Assembly: GCA_026023565.1 (NCBI GenBank)
Contig: JAPETS010000004.1
Coordinates: 868,001 to 932,000, forward strand
DNA: 64,000 nucleotides
From: Cirrosporium novae-zelandiae
Taxonomy: Eukaryota
Direction: 5' to 3'
In this document: positions 50,139 to 62,197 of the stretch, piece by piece
How the letters are laid out: each line of letters opens with the position of its first letter
Numbering within the stretch: the stretch's first letter is position 1
Made by a program: the position numbers and the translations under genes
Notes under the pieces: generated by a model
Database searches by the model: none
What the model was told of the DNA's origin: nothing
What the model saw: the letters and a program-made list of their open reading frames with translations, nothing else

Positions 50139-51339
50139 TCAAGGCCCATCCACTGCTGAGGGATACTTTAGCGACAAGATAAGATCTCTCGCCTCGCTGA
50201 GAGATTTTACTTCTTTCTGCCCTCCTTTTAAGGGATGTCTAACGACGCCTTTCCTATCCGGCCAGACTATTCTACTCTCATCTTCAAAACTCCACCAACC
50301 CCGGCCTCCGCCCCAATATATCTCGGATCGCCAGTCTAGTGAAGCTTGTCTCTGATCGCGTTGTTGTACATCTCCGTGCGTTGGAGTTAACTCTGCGGGT
50401 TCGTCCCAGGGCGTTTGGAAGATATTCATCTGGTCAAGTCGAGAACGGTTCCACATAACATAGGCCCACTCGCGGAGAGGTTGTCGCAAGTCGCACGACT
50501 CCTCTTGATGTGCCCAGCGCCATACATCAGCAGGACCCGTGTCGGGGTCCTGAAAAAACGGAGATCTAATCTGGGAAAGCTCGTCGTCCGTAGTATATTC
50601 CTCGAGGTAGACACTATCATCGAGCTCATTAGCTGCGCTCAGAGCTTCGTAGAGGAAATTGTCCGCATGCTGTGGATAATCTGGATACAAGAGTTGGTAT
50701 CGGTCTTCATAGGTGTTTGCGAGGACGATTGAATGGATGCTTGAGAGACCGCGTGCAAGGATAGGTTCGATGTCCTCGGGATCACTCATATCGGCATAAT
50801 TTATGCGGAACTCGCCCCACTGGATGTCATGCTCGACTATTTCGTTAAAAGCTAGTACCATTAACAGTGAAATAAAATAGAGATGATGATGAGAGCTTGC
50901 CTGGAGATACGGCTCGAAAGAGATAGTCGTGAACACATGCTAGCGATTTAGAAGCAAAGTCTGCTGCAAAGTAATGGATATGATCGTATAGCTTGCTTAT
51001 TGATAAAGCGTCCGAGAGCGTCTAAGATTCGGGGGGTGTTTTCCGATTGTGCAGATGTCGAGATACAAAGTTAGCTATCTCTTGCCGCGTCCAAAATCTT
51101 ATGCGTGAGGATTCTAATACTGCAACAGCTTCTAGGAGGATATCGAGGCTCACCTCATTCAGAAGGACTCGAGACGTAATCAATAGTTGAGCATCGTTGA
51201 AGGCCTGGTAAAAGGCAGAGCAAGCCAGCACCATCGATATCAGGGACCTAACATCTGAAAGTGCGCTCATAATTGCCTGTCTCACCTCCATGGGAAGTAT
51301 ATCTAGGGTAGATTTGGCATTCGTGCTTTTTGGATTCAT
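50139..51339 (-). pseudogene. Disrupted hypothetical protein with N-terminal F-box-like motif
   Basis: LDILPMEVRQAIMSAL..V.SL. In-frame TAG at 51024-51022 with the frame continuing (TLSDALSIS...LACVHDYLF). GC-AG intron 50852-50900 joins to AFNEIVEHDIQWG...DTGPADVW..LREWAYVMW..RL. Confidence 0.65.
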
Positions 51340-51957
51340 GTTGGCAGCGATAGATCGTGGATGAGCGTCGCGAATGCGATAGAATTTTGCGTGTTTAATT
51401 CTTACTTCGCCAGACGCGATTTCGGAATCTCATGTGGTCACGTACATAAGAAGTCATGATGAAGTGGTGGGGAAGTCGGCTTGCTTCGAATGAAAATAAC
51501 TTATTGCTCTACGAAGATGGTACCCTACCTGACGAATCAGAGCTACAAAGTACTTTGATACTTACTTATATCAAATACCCCACGAGTTTATGGTTCGATG
51601 CATTCCTCGATATTTTTATTGAAATCGCTCAACAACTTATCCCGATCCGGTTTAATGCTTTCTTTTAGGTGTTTAAAGCTTACCTAGGCATATAAAGCCT
51701 GTTGCTTTTATCATGCTATTTTATTTAATATGCGTGAATGGATGTGGACTTGAAAGAAGAGAGGAAAAATTGGAAATTGTTAGCAATGGTATCTCCTTAT
51801 AGATTTGACAAATCCATAGACAAACTGATTATAACCCATTTCACCGAATACATTGGTTTAAATGGCTGTCCTCACTAACAACGTCTTGCCAAAATTTCAA
51901 TAGTGATGACATCTATCTTGGTTCGTGAGTGCTATTGGCTACATTCCAACACTTGCA

Positions 51958-53283
51958 TCACTTTTTCTTAAACCTATCTTTGAAACTGGTGTCTTCCTTC
52001 TTGAACATCTCACACGGGTTCCATAGCCACTTGATCTTGATGTCGGTACTTTTTTTCAACGCCCTGAAAATATCAAAATCCCCATTCAATCTCCTGCCAA
52101 GCTTCATCAATTCCTTACCCTTCTGCCTGTGTAGAATATTTGTTTCTACCTCCGGATAAACAACTAGGGCCAACAATTTTAGGCAATGAAATTTCTTCAA
52201 AAGCTGCGTGAAACGCATGCATTGCTGAAGTTTAGCTATTGTACTAAGGCAGGGCCCAGCAGTGGTGGTAGGCCACGATTCAAGGAGCCAAAATATGAGC
52301 AAGGAGGCGCTCACCGGGAAGCCCAGGTGCTGTATGTGCTTCCGTCTTGTATTCTCTATGTGCTTCAGAAAGTCGATGCACAACTCGATAGACTTGAAAT
52401 AAAAACGAGTTTCTGAGTAGAAGAATGGCATGACGTCATTATAACATACACGACATGTTCTGAAGAAGGCAAGATGGTTCTCGAAAGTGATTGCGCGTCT
52501 AATAGCTCCGCCATGCAGGCTCTGAATATCGAATATGAGCCTTTTTGGAAGGTTTCTAACATGTCGCGGGTAATAGACAAACATGTAAGATCCAGGTTGA
52601 ATGTCGAAAACATAACTGTAAATCATATATCGCAATTCTGTCGGAAGCAGCCATAACTTGTTAGTTGTGAAATTTTTGCGTAAGCACTGGGTTTTCTTTC
52701 TAGAAGAATTGAGTTCTTGCTGAAAAATGCTAAACCGCTTTGTAAGAACTTTTATGAAGGTGTCCTGTGCGGTTGGAACTTCGAGACAGCTGGCGCCTTG
52801 AATCTATGTAGGGTCGCGGATAGTTAGCAAGGTAGTGCGGAGACATGGATATTCGAAGAACCTCGACACGTATCATGTATTATGGGCCTGTCATTTGCAA
52901 AATGGATCATGACTTACTTGATTTTGAGATTTATCCACATGCTCTTGATCTATAACGGCAAACAGATTTTGTTGGGCAATTGTAGCCTTCTGCTTAGGAT
53001 CTCCGAGAGAACGGTACACTATCACGAGTTGTTTGATTTGAGCAAGGATAGCTTTTTTTACCTAGGAAGTGACAGCAGTCAATGAGAAATCAATCTAAGT
53101 AGAAAATTCTTGTAAATATAATAATACCTGGTACTCTTTTTCGTTCACGTAATTGACTATAAGAACTTCCAAGGAGGTGAACATGTTAGAAAGTTGACTA
53201 TCAACCTGACCTCTTTCGGGAGAAGCGGACTGTAATCGTTTCATGTGGAGCTGTCGTCTAGGAATGCTACGGGAAGGTTTCAT
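51958..53283 (-). CDS. Hypothetical protein with F-box-like LPxELRxxIY motif; probably 3 exons
   Basis: Open frame from ~52805: LWLLPTELRYMIYSYVF...FFRTCRVCYNDVMPFFYSETRFYF. Upstream exons from ATG 53283 are tentative. Confidence 0.55.
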
Positions 53284-54076
53284 GATGAAATCCGAGGATC
53301 GAAGTTGAATGGATAGTTGAGAAATGAAGGCGAAGAGTTGAAGAGGAAACTTTTATGGAAGTCCTGACAACTTTTTAATCCCAGCAGCTCAGGGGGTCTC
53401 CTTGTTAGATGAACCACAGTTTGTCGCTCGCGTCGTCGAGGACATTCCTCATGTTCTCGGTGATTCTCCCCTAGGCAAGTTTTGTTCTAACATATTCTGG
53501 GTTCTCCTATTTCTAGCACTTAGTAATTTGCAGGTATTTTTTTACCTCATGATAGAATATTCAGGAGGATAGAATTTTTAGCATTAGATGTTTGAAGAAT
53601 GATAATGATAAGATGTTGTATCAGTAATGTATTGGGTGCGTAGTGAATGAGGAAATTTAATGGGCTTGGAAAATGATGGCGTATTTTATATCCAAGGTGT
53701 AAGAGTTAAGGATATACTATGTGAAACATGTCAAGGGAAAGGAAATAACGCCTTATAGTTCCATCATAGAATTGGTTCATACCTAATTACCACACAGGCA
53801 TGTGCCCACTCTCTTACCACATAAACAAAGGAAATCTAGAGGTTTTGGGGATTCGTTAACAAAGGGGCATATATATGTCCAAGCATGATCATATCACAGA
53901 TAGAAAAACCAACGAAGGCATCTCATCTCCATCATCTCTTCCTCAAACCACAAGACCCTTAGAAACGAAAATCTTCAATCCCATTGCCCGCAAAATTCCC
54001 AGGAAGTTTGTAGGCGAGTCCAGCTCATTATTCGAGACGCAAATACCAACAAAGAAACGTACGTACTTCAAACCTC

Positions 54077-57000
54077 TTACGCAATTCCTAGTCCGACCTT
54101 TGGACCCTCGCTCCTGCTCCCCTCTCTCTCCGCTCGAGATCCTTCTCTTTCCCTCTCCCTTCCACCAGCTCCTTGACTTCTACCCCGTTCTCTCATTTTC
54201 TTTCCTTCCATCAAACCCCTCAGGCCCCGCTTCTGCAGACCGACCACACTACTCAACTCACCGCTCCACACTTGCCTTTCCTCACCATCTGCACTACTCA
54301 TGAAACTGGACGTCACAGAAGATGCACTAGTACCATTCGTACCCGCGCTACTCGCTACCTCGTCATCATTGCCTCGCGGAGGAAGAGGTTTGTTGGCAAG
54401 GCTTGTGTTGATGCGAAGCCCTTGGGTTTTAGAGATGAAAGCTGTATGATCAACCGAATTAGAACGCGAATTGGGGACAGAGCTCATATCCGCTGCTGGT
54501 TCTGAGGATAAGGAGAGAGCAGCAGCATCATTTAAAGCTTGCAGTGTTCCTGTAGGACCAGAGCCGGTGCCACGACCTCCGCCGGCAGCCATCGCTGCGG
54601 CATTGAAAAGTGCGGCAGCATTACGGCCATCGAGAACCTGGTGTAAACGTTCAACAGTTGCTTCAAGGAGGCCATCAATTTCGTAGGGACGGGCAATCTG
54701 GAGAATAGAGCAGAGGACCGGGGGGGTGCAGAGTGGTGACGTTATTGGTGGGAGAGTGGACGTGTACAAATAATGCACAAGGAGTTGAATGGTTTGGTGT
54801 GTGTGAGGGAGATAGAGGGTCCGGGGGCGCGAGGTTGGAGCAAGATGTTGTGCCTCCGGGGGCGAGTCATTGGCATTATGCGGATCATTGATGTTGGCAG
54901 TTAGGGTGGTAGCGACTGAGTACGCGGTTCGGATGCTAGGTGTAATTGTAATGGCGGAGTTTCGGGAGGCTGCGCTCCCTGCTTGGCGCAGAGTTGCGGC
55001 ATCGCCGCCGTCGTTTGATACGGTGCCTTCGTGAAGTAGCTGTATAAAATAAGGTCCCCAGCGACGGGATAGTATTCTCGAATTAACCGGAATTCGCTCG
55101 CCGCCAATAGCAAGAAGGTCCATATCAGCAAGTTCCCTGAAAGTAAGATTCATCTGACCAAGCTCCTGGGCAGCTTGAGAATGCACACGCCCCCCTCCGG
55201 TCCAGTGTGTGAGTAAATCGGATCGTAGCATTGTCGGAGCGCTGACGGATGTATAGTTGGACATAGGAGCGACGGAACGGGAATTTTCGTATAACCCAAA
55301 AGCCTCCAGCTCAACCATACATATGTGGGAAAAATTGATCCTGCGGTGGTTATAGTCTTCAACGAGGCTTCTCCTTCTATTACCAAGAATGACGAAAGTG
55401 TTTCTTCTATTCCAAAGAATACCACGATTCCAGCTTCCTTGGCTGAAGATACCGCTTCCACCTTCTATGCGGCTCCAAGTCAATGTTTTTAGGTCTAATG
55501 CCCATAAAGCATATTCTTGTTTCGAGGATGTTAGGTGAGTTCCGCTGATAACAAAATGATTGTCTAGAACCCCTCCATTGGGAAATCTCAGACCAGGTGG
55601 AGATATTTGTCCTTGCATAGCCAAGGGCATCAAGTTTCCGTCTGGAGATCTTAACTGCAACTCCAGCTGAACGTCAAGAAAATTGTAATTTGAATATATG
55701 AGCATAGAACATCCCTTTTCCTGCGGCTTCGTCCCATTTATAGAATTGTTTGGGTCACCCCCCCTCATTCTTTTGCCTATATCGGTCGGAGATATGGTAA
55801 GAAGAGGTGAGACTATACTTCTATAAGCACCGCAGCTTCGTCCTAGACTATTTGTCGCTGTCCACTTCAATGATCGAAAATTGAAGACGCTCATTTCTTC
55901 GATGTAATGATTGGCACTATCTTGACCACCGACAACAATCATTTCCGCTCCACCGGCACCGTCCAGAGCAACACCTATTGACCCCTGGTTTGGGTTTGAT
56001 GATGATGGATTATGATGAATTGCAGACATAGGTGCCGAGGAAGAAGTAAAGGTTGCTGTTGATGGGAGAATAGCGGCGCAATGGGCATAGCGTCCTTGGG
56101 GAGCGTCAGAGACGGAAAGACGTGTCCAGGTTTGACTTGGAACATCATAAACATGAATATCGGACATAACAATTACCTCCGGTTGTGCATCTGAACCGTT
56201 TTGTGGTGGTGCATTCAAGTCATTTCCAGGCTGATTCTGTAACGGAGGAGCAGGAGACATTCCCCCATAGCATACTAATTTTGTATCCCCTAGAGCACAT
56301 GTACTGTGAAAATATCTGGGGGCAGGTATGTCTCCACTCGTCTCCAGTTTTGTCCAGTGCCTCCTTATCAAATCTAATTCATATAAATCGGCTGTTAGTC
56401 GTGGCCGTCTCGAAAGAACCCGTCCACCGAAGGTATACAGTTTGTCCCCTAATATGGTGGTTGTAGCTCCAACCCGCGCGTGTGGCTCCCGGCCGGTCGT
56501 TTTCCGCACATTGCAAACAAGACCAGATAAATTTGTAGGTCCTGCAGCCGACGTAGATCCATTCGTTTGGTGTATAGCAGGGGAGGTTGATTGCGACTGC
56601 GAAGGGAGTCCAGCTGCCTTTTGTGAAACTCCGAGTGAATCTTGCACTTGTAAGCCTGGATCAGGCTGGCTAGTTGCCATGGCTTCCGAAGATACGTTCA
56701 AGGATATCCTATTTTCTGGTTGTACTGGAACGGAAAAAGACTTTATAAGAATAGAATCGATCGTGGGACAAGTGGGTTGTATTTTTCTTGGGTATGGTAT
56801 TTCAAATTTAGCCTGTTTCTTCAATCGGGATTCTTGAAACTTTGGTGTATTGACTTTCTCAGCTGGTATAGGTAGTGATCCTGGGTATAGTCCGTAAGGT
56901 TGAGCAAAAGCGGGTATCACGATAGGAACATGTCTTGTTTTCGATATTCTAATTCGGGGGCTATGTGACTCCGCTCCAAGTATAGTTGGGAGACTGGGTC

Positions 57001-57328
57001 GACGATCGATGAGAAGATCATCTGGTATACTGGGATGTTCCCTTAGCACCGACTGTATGATGCTATGACTGATTTCAATAGGTACATGTTTTGGTTTTCT
57101 TGAACCCTCTGTATAGTCACTCGCTAGATTCGAAATAGTAGGTTCGCTGGGCCAAAGAGTTGTATGAAAAGACAAAGGGCGGTCTCTCACAGACCTTTTT
57201 GCTGTCCAATGCTTTGCGAACGGTGAAAGACGGGACGTGCCTTGTTTAGGCACCGGGCACTCTGGAGAACTAGGCTTGACTCGTACTAAAGGGGAGGGTT
57301 CGAAGGCGCTTTCTAGTCCTGAATCCAT
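54077..57328 (-). CDS. Kelch-repeat/BTB regulatory protein Ral2/Mds3/Pmd1-like, intronless
   Basis: LSGLVCNVRKTTGREP..VGATTTILGDKLY.FGG, PRYFHS, IYSNYNFLDV, PPGLRFP, DYNHRRINF, DMDLLAIGGERIPVNSRIL.RRWGPYF, RPRTLYLPH. Confidence 0.9.
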   Translation of the reverse strand: MDSGLESAFEPSPLVRVKPSSPECPVPKQGTSRLSPFAKHWTAKRSVRDRPLSFHTTLWPSEPTISNLASDYTEGSRKPKHVPIEISHSIIQSVLREHPSIPDDLLIDRRPSLPTILGAESHSPRIRISKTRHVPIVIPAFAQPYGLYPGSLPIPAEKVNTPKFQESRLKKQAKFEIPYPRKIQPTCPTIDSILIKSFSVPVQPENRISLNVSSEAMATSQPDPGLQVQDSLGVSQKAAGLPSQSQSTSPAIHQTNGSTSAAGPTNLSGLVCNVRKTTGREPHARVGATTTILGDKLYTFGGRVLSRRPRLTADLYELDLIRRHWTKLETSGDIPAPRYFHSTCALGDTKLVCYGGMSPAPPLQNQPGNDLNAPPQNGSDAQPEVIVMSDIHVYDVPSQTWTRLSVSDAPQGRYAHCAAILPSTATFTSSSAPMSAIHHNPSSSNPNQGSIGVALDGAGGAEMIVVGGQDSANHYIEEMSVFNFRSLKWTATNSLGRSCGAYRSIVSPLLTISPTDIGKRMRGGDPNNSINGTKPQEKGCSMLIYSNYNFLDVQLELQLRSPDGNLMPLAMQGQISPPGLRFPNGGVLDNHFVISGTHLTSSKQEYALWALDLKTLTWSRIEGGSGIFSQGSWNRGILWNRRNTFVILGNRRRSLVEDYNHRRINFSHICMVELEAFGLYENSRSVAPMSNYTSVSAPTMLRSDLLTHWTGGGRVHSQAAQELGQMNLTFRELADMDLLAIGGERIPVNSRILSRRWGPYFIQLLHEGTVSNDGGDAATLRQAGSAASRNSAITITPSIRTAYSVATTLTANINDPHNANDSPPEAQHLAPTSRPRTLYLPHTHQTIQLLVHYLYTSTLPPITSPLCTPPVLCSILQIARPYEIDGLLEATVERLHQVLDGRNAAALFNAAAMAAGGGRGTGSGPTGTLQALNDAAALSLSSEPAADMSSVPNSRSNSVDHTAFISKTQGLRINTSLANKPLPPRGNDDEVASSAGTNGTSASSVTSSFMSSADGEERQVWSGELSSVVGLQKRGLRGLMEGKKMRERGRSQGAGGREREREGSRAEREGSRSEGPKVGLGIA

Positions 57329-58129
57329 AATCGTCAGTCTATAATCCTTCTGTATGATTCCCGAGGAGGAGGAAGGAGAAGAAATAGGGACGCAAGAGCC
57401 TTTGGGCGAGACAAGATCTTAACATTGTGCTGGATCATGAGTATGACAGGCTGAATCTTGGGACGAATGCTGGTGGAACTCCGAAACTGAGTCCCTTTGA
57501 TGAAAACCAAAAGATGTATAGAGCGTACTCCATCTGATCTGGTATCTGCATTCTGTCTCGCACCGGAAACCTACCGAGCTGCGTGAACCCGCTTGACGAT
57601 TCTTTGAACCTTGCGAACACTCCCGAGTTCTTTGATCTTTTCCAATCAGGGCGGTCGAATCAGGTTACTTCCTCGGTCTGGAGATCTTGATATTAGCTGT
57701 TGAACGAGTGTGCAACCCCAGGTTGTAAAGATATCGGTTGCCTTTCGCCAAAGAAATCTCGAGTGCTTCGAAAGATCCAGTTCGGGGAAAGGTATCGCAG
57801 GGCCAACGTTCATTGTACCCTGCGGAGGCGGATGTCGGGCGCACGACCCTTATTATTTATACACCCTAAAGCCGCGTAGCTATTGGGTGTACCAATTTTT
57901 TTCTACGGAGCTATGGTTAATTGCACCGCTTTCATATAATAAAACGCCTATCTTGCTATGTAAAGATCTAATGGGTTTCCCTTGTAATAATAATAGTCAA
58001 TCAATCATAACTTTTGCATTTTCATAGCTATCGGGTCTATACCACCCAGACACCTTATTCCAAGAATCATTTTAATGCCACACAATGATGGAGCAATATA
58101 TTCTCAGAAAACCATATTTCTTCCCAGGC

Positions 58130-59392
58130 TCAAGGAAGCTTATCTATTTTACCTTCCAATCCGTTGGATTCTTCTTGTTGCTGCGTGAACTCCTTGGGCT
58201 CCTTAACATCGTGTCGCCACCCAAATGTGTCATCCAAGTTTCCAGTCTGTATTCCTCGGAGAGTTGATAGAAGCTTGGCACAGATTGGGCCTGGTGCATC
58301 CACAACACCATCATAGGTGACCTTATCCCCTTTTGATTTCATAGTAATTGATCTTATTGGTACCAAAGATGCAGCTGTGCCGGCAGCCATGACTTCAGTA
58401 AATGTTGACAGCTCTTCATATTTGACGGGCCTGCGTTCCACTTTCCAGCCAAAAGACTTGGCAATCTCGTAAATACTATCCGATGTCACACTCGCGATGA
58501 TGGTAGGACTGCTGGGAAAAGCAACTTCATAGCTGTCCCCAACTTTCTTGACACCAATGAACCCAGATGTCGAAAACTCGTCAATCTCGGTGTGAGTCTT
58601 GCTATCTAGATGGAGGGTGATGCCAAAGCCTGTGCTATATGCCTTTTCACTCCACGGAAAGACCGGAGCATAATTTCCTCCTAGCTTTGCAGAGCCAGTA
58701 CCATGAGGAGCGGATCGATCAAATTCCTCCATGATAAGAGCATCCACAGGCTTTGCTCCATGGTAGGTACCAGTGGGCATGACATAAACAACGAAAACGT
58801 ATTCTTGAGGAGGATTGAGTCCTAATTGTGCTGAGCTTCCAAACACCAGTGGTCTAATGTACATCGAGGCGCCAGTCTCGGCAGGTGGAACGTACTCAGC
58901 GTTCATAGCGACTGCAAGCTCACAGCATTTGACGTAATGACCTTCTGGTACTGGAGGGATGGAGATGAAGGTGGAGGAGTGAGCCAACCGCTGTGCATTT
59001 TTATTAGGGCGGAAAATTGAAATGTTGCCATCAGGCTTCCTAAAAGCCTTCATCCCTTCAAAAGCCTGCATACCATAGTTGATAGCCGGGGACATCCCAT
59101 GGATTTTGAGGTATGGATCCGTGACAAATTCAGGTTCGGTCCATTTCCCAGTCTTCTTGCTATAATGGGATTCGATATGGCCATTGACTAGTAAATGTCA
59201 GTTGGGGCGGCAGAGTCAATTGGCAAAAGAATGATTGATGTACCTTCATGTACCTGAAAGCCAATATGGTTCCAGTCTGAATAAATATCGGATCAGCGCA
59301 CTGCTACCGGTAACGGGAACACAAAACCTGGGAACACAATCTCTGATGAGCTCCTTACCAATAGTACTGACGGGCTGTGGAGGGAAGGGCAT
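58130..59392 (-). CDS. Branched-chain amino acid aminotransferase (class IV PLP); 3 exons
   Basis: MPFPPQPVSTI|DWNHIGF...; INYGMQAFEGMKAFR, YIRP, GSAKLGGNYAP, HLDS....IDEFSTS, ASVT, EVMAAGTAA. Confidence 0.93.
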
Positions 59393-60147
59393 TGTGGAGA
59401 AAATCAGCAATTATGGATAGCGATTGCTTCTTGTTATCCGTAAAGTAGAATGCAGTGTAACGGGATGAAAGAAGAGGTAGGAGGTGATTGTGAGAAGATC
59501 TAAGGGGAGGAAATGGAAGAAATAAGCTGATGAGTTGGTGCTGACAAAGTCTGACACAAGGCTTAGTTAAATATCGTAGAATAGATACTAATTATATATT
59601 TGTTGAGAGTTGAAGTTCATCTTGAGTCACTCAACTTTGTCTTCTGTGCGGGATCGGAGTTTTCTACATGCCAGGGCGCTCCCTGTACAGAGGGGCAAGA
59701 TAGTTCAAATGGAGGGGGTATCTACCTAGGTGCGCACCCAAGTTACCTGGGTATAGATCTTAGACACCCAAGTTACCTAGTAAGTTATCTACCTAGGTGC
59801 CTGGGTACCTAGCTAGGGGGGGGGGGCATGGGGTGCATTACCCTACTCGAATAAAAATCCCATTTAGCGGCTAACCCCGATAGACTTACCTTGTTTGGTT
59901 TAGCTCCCGAGGTTCTGAGGCTCTCAGACCAAACAAAGGGACTCTCAGATCATCATCTTTGTATAGTCTAGCGTGTCAAGTTAACTCCCTGACCAATTCA
60001 ACCTTCAACATCCACCTGGCTCTACTTTCTCCAATGTTTCTATACTATAACTCCTACGACATTCGTTCTTTTTCGATACCTTAAATATTCCCTCTCTTGT
60101 ATTACTTATTAATTCTCAATACTTTAACCAATTTACAAGACCAAATC

Positions 60148-61188
60148 ATGGTTCGCGGTGGATCTGCGAACCGTCGTTTCTTGGTTTTCGCTCTTGCCGT
60201 CTGCGGTCTCTTCACCTTTATCTACATATTCATTACCAAAGAGCCCCAGGACCCGAGATATGCTTCCGTACCTGTGCAACATGTCGACGTGTCGCCCGAC
60301 ACACTTGCAGGGGATGTAATAATGCCCGAGTTGGGAAATGCAACGGCTAGGTATGCAATTAATACATTCACATGTCCTTTGGATCTTGGCACATTACCCA
60401 TTGTTACTTGGATCATAGAAATATTCCAATTATAAAAACTATCTTGCTGGATATTTCCTATCTCATGTGAATATATGAGGGGGCTTTGATGTGCCACGAA
60501 CTCATAGGGTAGCAGTGGTCATGGTGAATAGTTTCATATATGAATCTCTTAGGCTAATAGACATACCTTTATAGAGCTGAACTTGGACACGCTACCTGGA
60601 GAGTGTTGCATACGATGATGGCTAGATTTCCAGACAATCCAACGGAAGACGAGAGCAATGCTCTCAAGTCATGGCTCCTTCTCTTCGGCCGCCTATATCC
60701 CTGGTAAGAAGGCCCTTTCAATTTGGTATCTTTTTCCAGGCTAATTATTACCTCTACCACCAGTGGCCAATGTGCCGCCCATCTCCGTCAATTCATGCAG
60801 AAGTATCCCCCCCAAGTCTCTTCCCGCTCCGCAGCTGCAACTTGGGCTTGCTTCCTACACAACCAAGTCAACAAAGGTCTTAAAAAGCCCGAATTTGACT
60901 GTTCGAAAATCGGCGAATTCTATGATTGTGGCTGTACAGATGATGAGAATACTAAGGAGAGTAAAAATGGAGGCGAAAAGGAGGTTGCGAGCACTTCGGA
61001 AACTAAAGTAGACATGAGTGATTTGGAGACGAATAAACTCATTACGAATGGAAGGGACTTCAATGATGAGTTATTAAAGAAACCAAAGAAGCCTTTGGAG
61101 TTGGAAAAAGAGGGGTATGTATAGCGCTTCGTCATGGTTTTGTAGTAACGTGCTAACGAACTGGTAAAGATTAACTAGGGGCGGCTGA
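60148..61188 (+). CDS. ERV2: FAD-linked sulfhydryl oxidase Erv2; 4 exons
   Basis: N-terminal TM anchor, LGNATARAELGHATW.VLHT.MARFP, LYPCGQCA.H, WACFLHNQVN..L.KPEFDC, YDCGC. Confidence 0.92.
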
Positions 61189-62197
61189 TCTCTCTACTAT
61201 GTTCTTATTCAATATACCCGCCTCAATATGAGTGCACCTTTTGTCTATATATATCAACTCTGTCTCCATATATCCAATCAAGCCCCTACACGTCTTGCGA
61301 AGTAAGAAGCCAAACAATTGGACTGTCATGATATCCCCCCCACTAAACTTATATTATGACCTGCATACGGGGTATCTCACCGTCTTTCTCATCTCCCCCG
61401 CCTTAGAACCTGGGCCTCGGCTCAACGGAATTAATTGAAACCTTGATATTTGTGCGTGCCGAAACATGTCGTGAATAACTTAGCACCTCAAACAAAGAGC
61501 TTCGGGAGTTAAGTTACAGCAATACCATCTCCCGATATCCGCCTGCTTGATATCGGCCAAACACGGAACAATAACCTTGGATAACTAGTCAAAATAATTT
61601 TCCGGGCTGCTACGAAATGTCATTTCTGGTGTCAGATTAGCTGGGTCATTCCCTTTGGGCGCTGTTTCAGGAATTGGTGAGGTTGTTTCAACTGCAGGTA
61701 TCCTTGGTTGAGCCGGTGTTAATGTGAGTCATGACCACCAAGGTATTCTGATAATTCGCCTGTCAGTGGCCTGCAGGGTCTTTATTCCCCTCAAAAGCAA
61801 AGCGAGTAGAGGGAGTTCGGCCTCATAACTCTTCAACTAAGTGACTAGTCCACTGTCTTATTCCGTGGGGGCCATCTGTAATTCACGCATTAATAGTTTG
61901 AGATCATGGAATTTATACGATTGATGCGATACAATAAATTTTGAAGCTTATCCACGATCCTTGATTCTAATGCTATGAATTTCCAAATATACACCACCAG
62001 AAGCGCTCATGTTATTCACTTCACTGCTTTCTCTCATTATTGGGACCAGCTACCATTCCAGGTTCTAAAAGGTATGATTATTGCATAACTTTGTGTACCA
62101 TGAGCCACTCGCATGGATGTTTTTCTCTCATATAATGCTAAACACTAGAGAGGTGGCAAAAAATTGAATCCATAATGATAGCCTTGATATTGTTTCT

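Noticed and set aside
59720..59815. Repeated TATCTACCTAGGTGC and CACCCAAGTTACCT motifs in the BCAT/ERV2 divergent promoter
   Set aside because: TACCTAG-type low-complexity motifs recur throughout this window's intergenic DNA; no regular repeat-spacer array, so not CRISPR-like.
62152..62160. Perfect PACE/Rpn4 motif GGTGGCAAA beside RPT4
   Set aside because: It lies 3' of the stop codon rather than in the promoter; a single 9-mer is plausible by chance.
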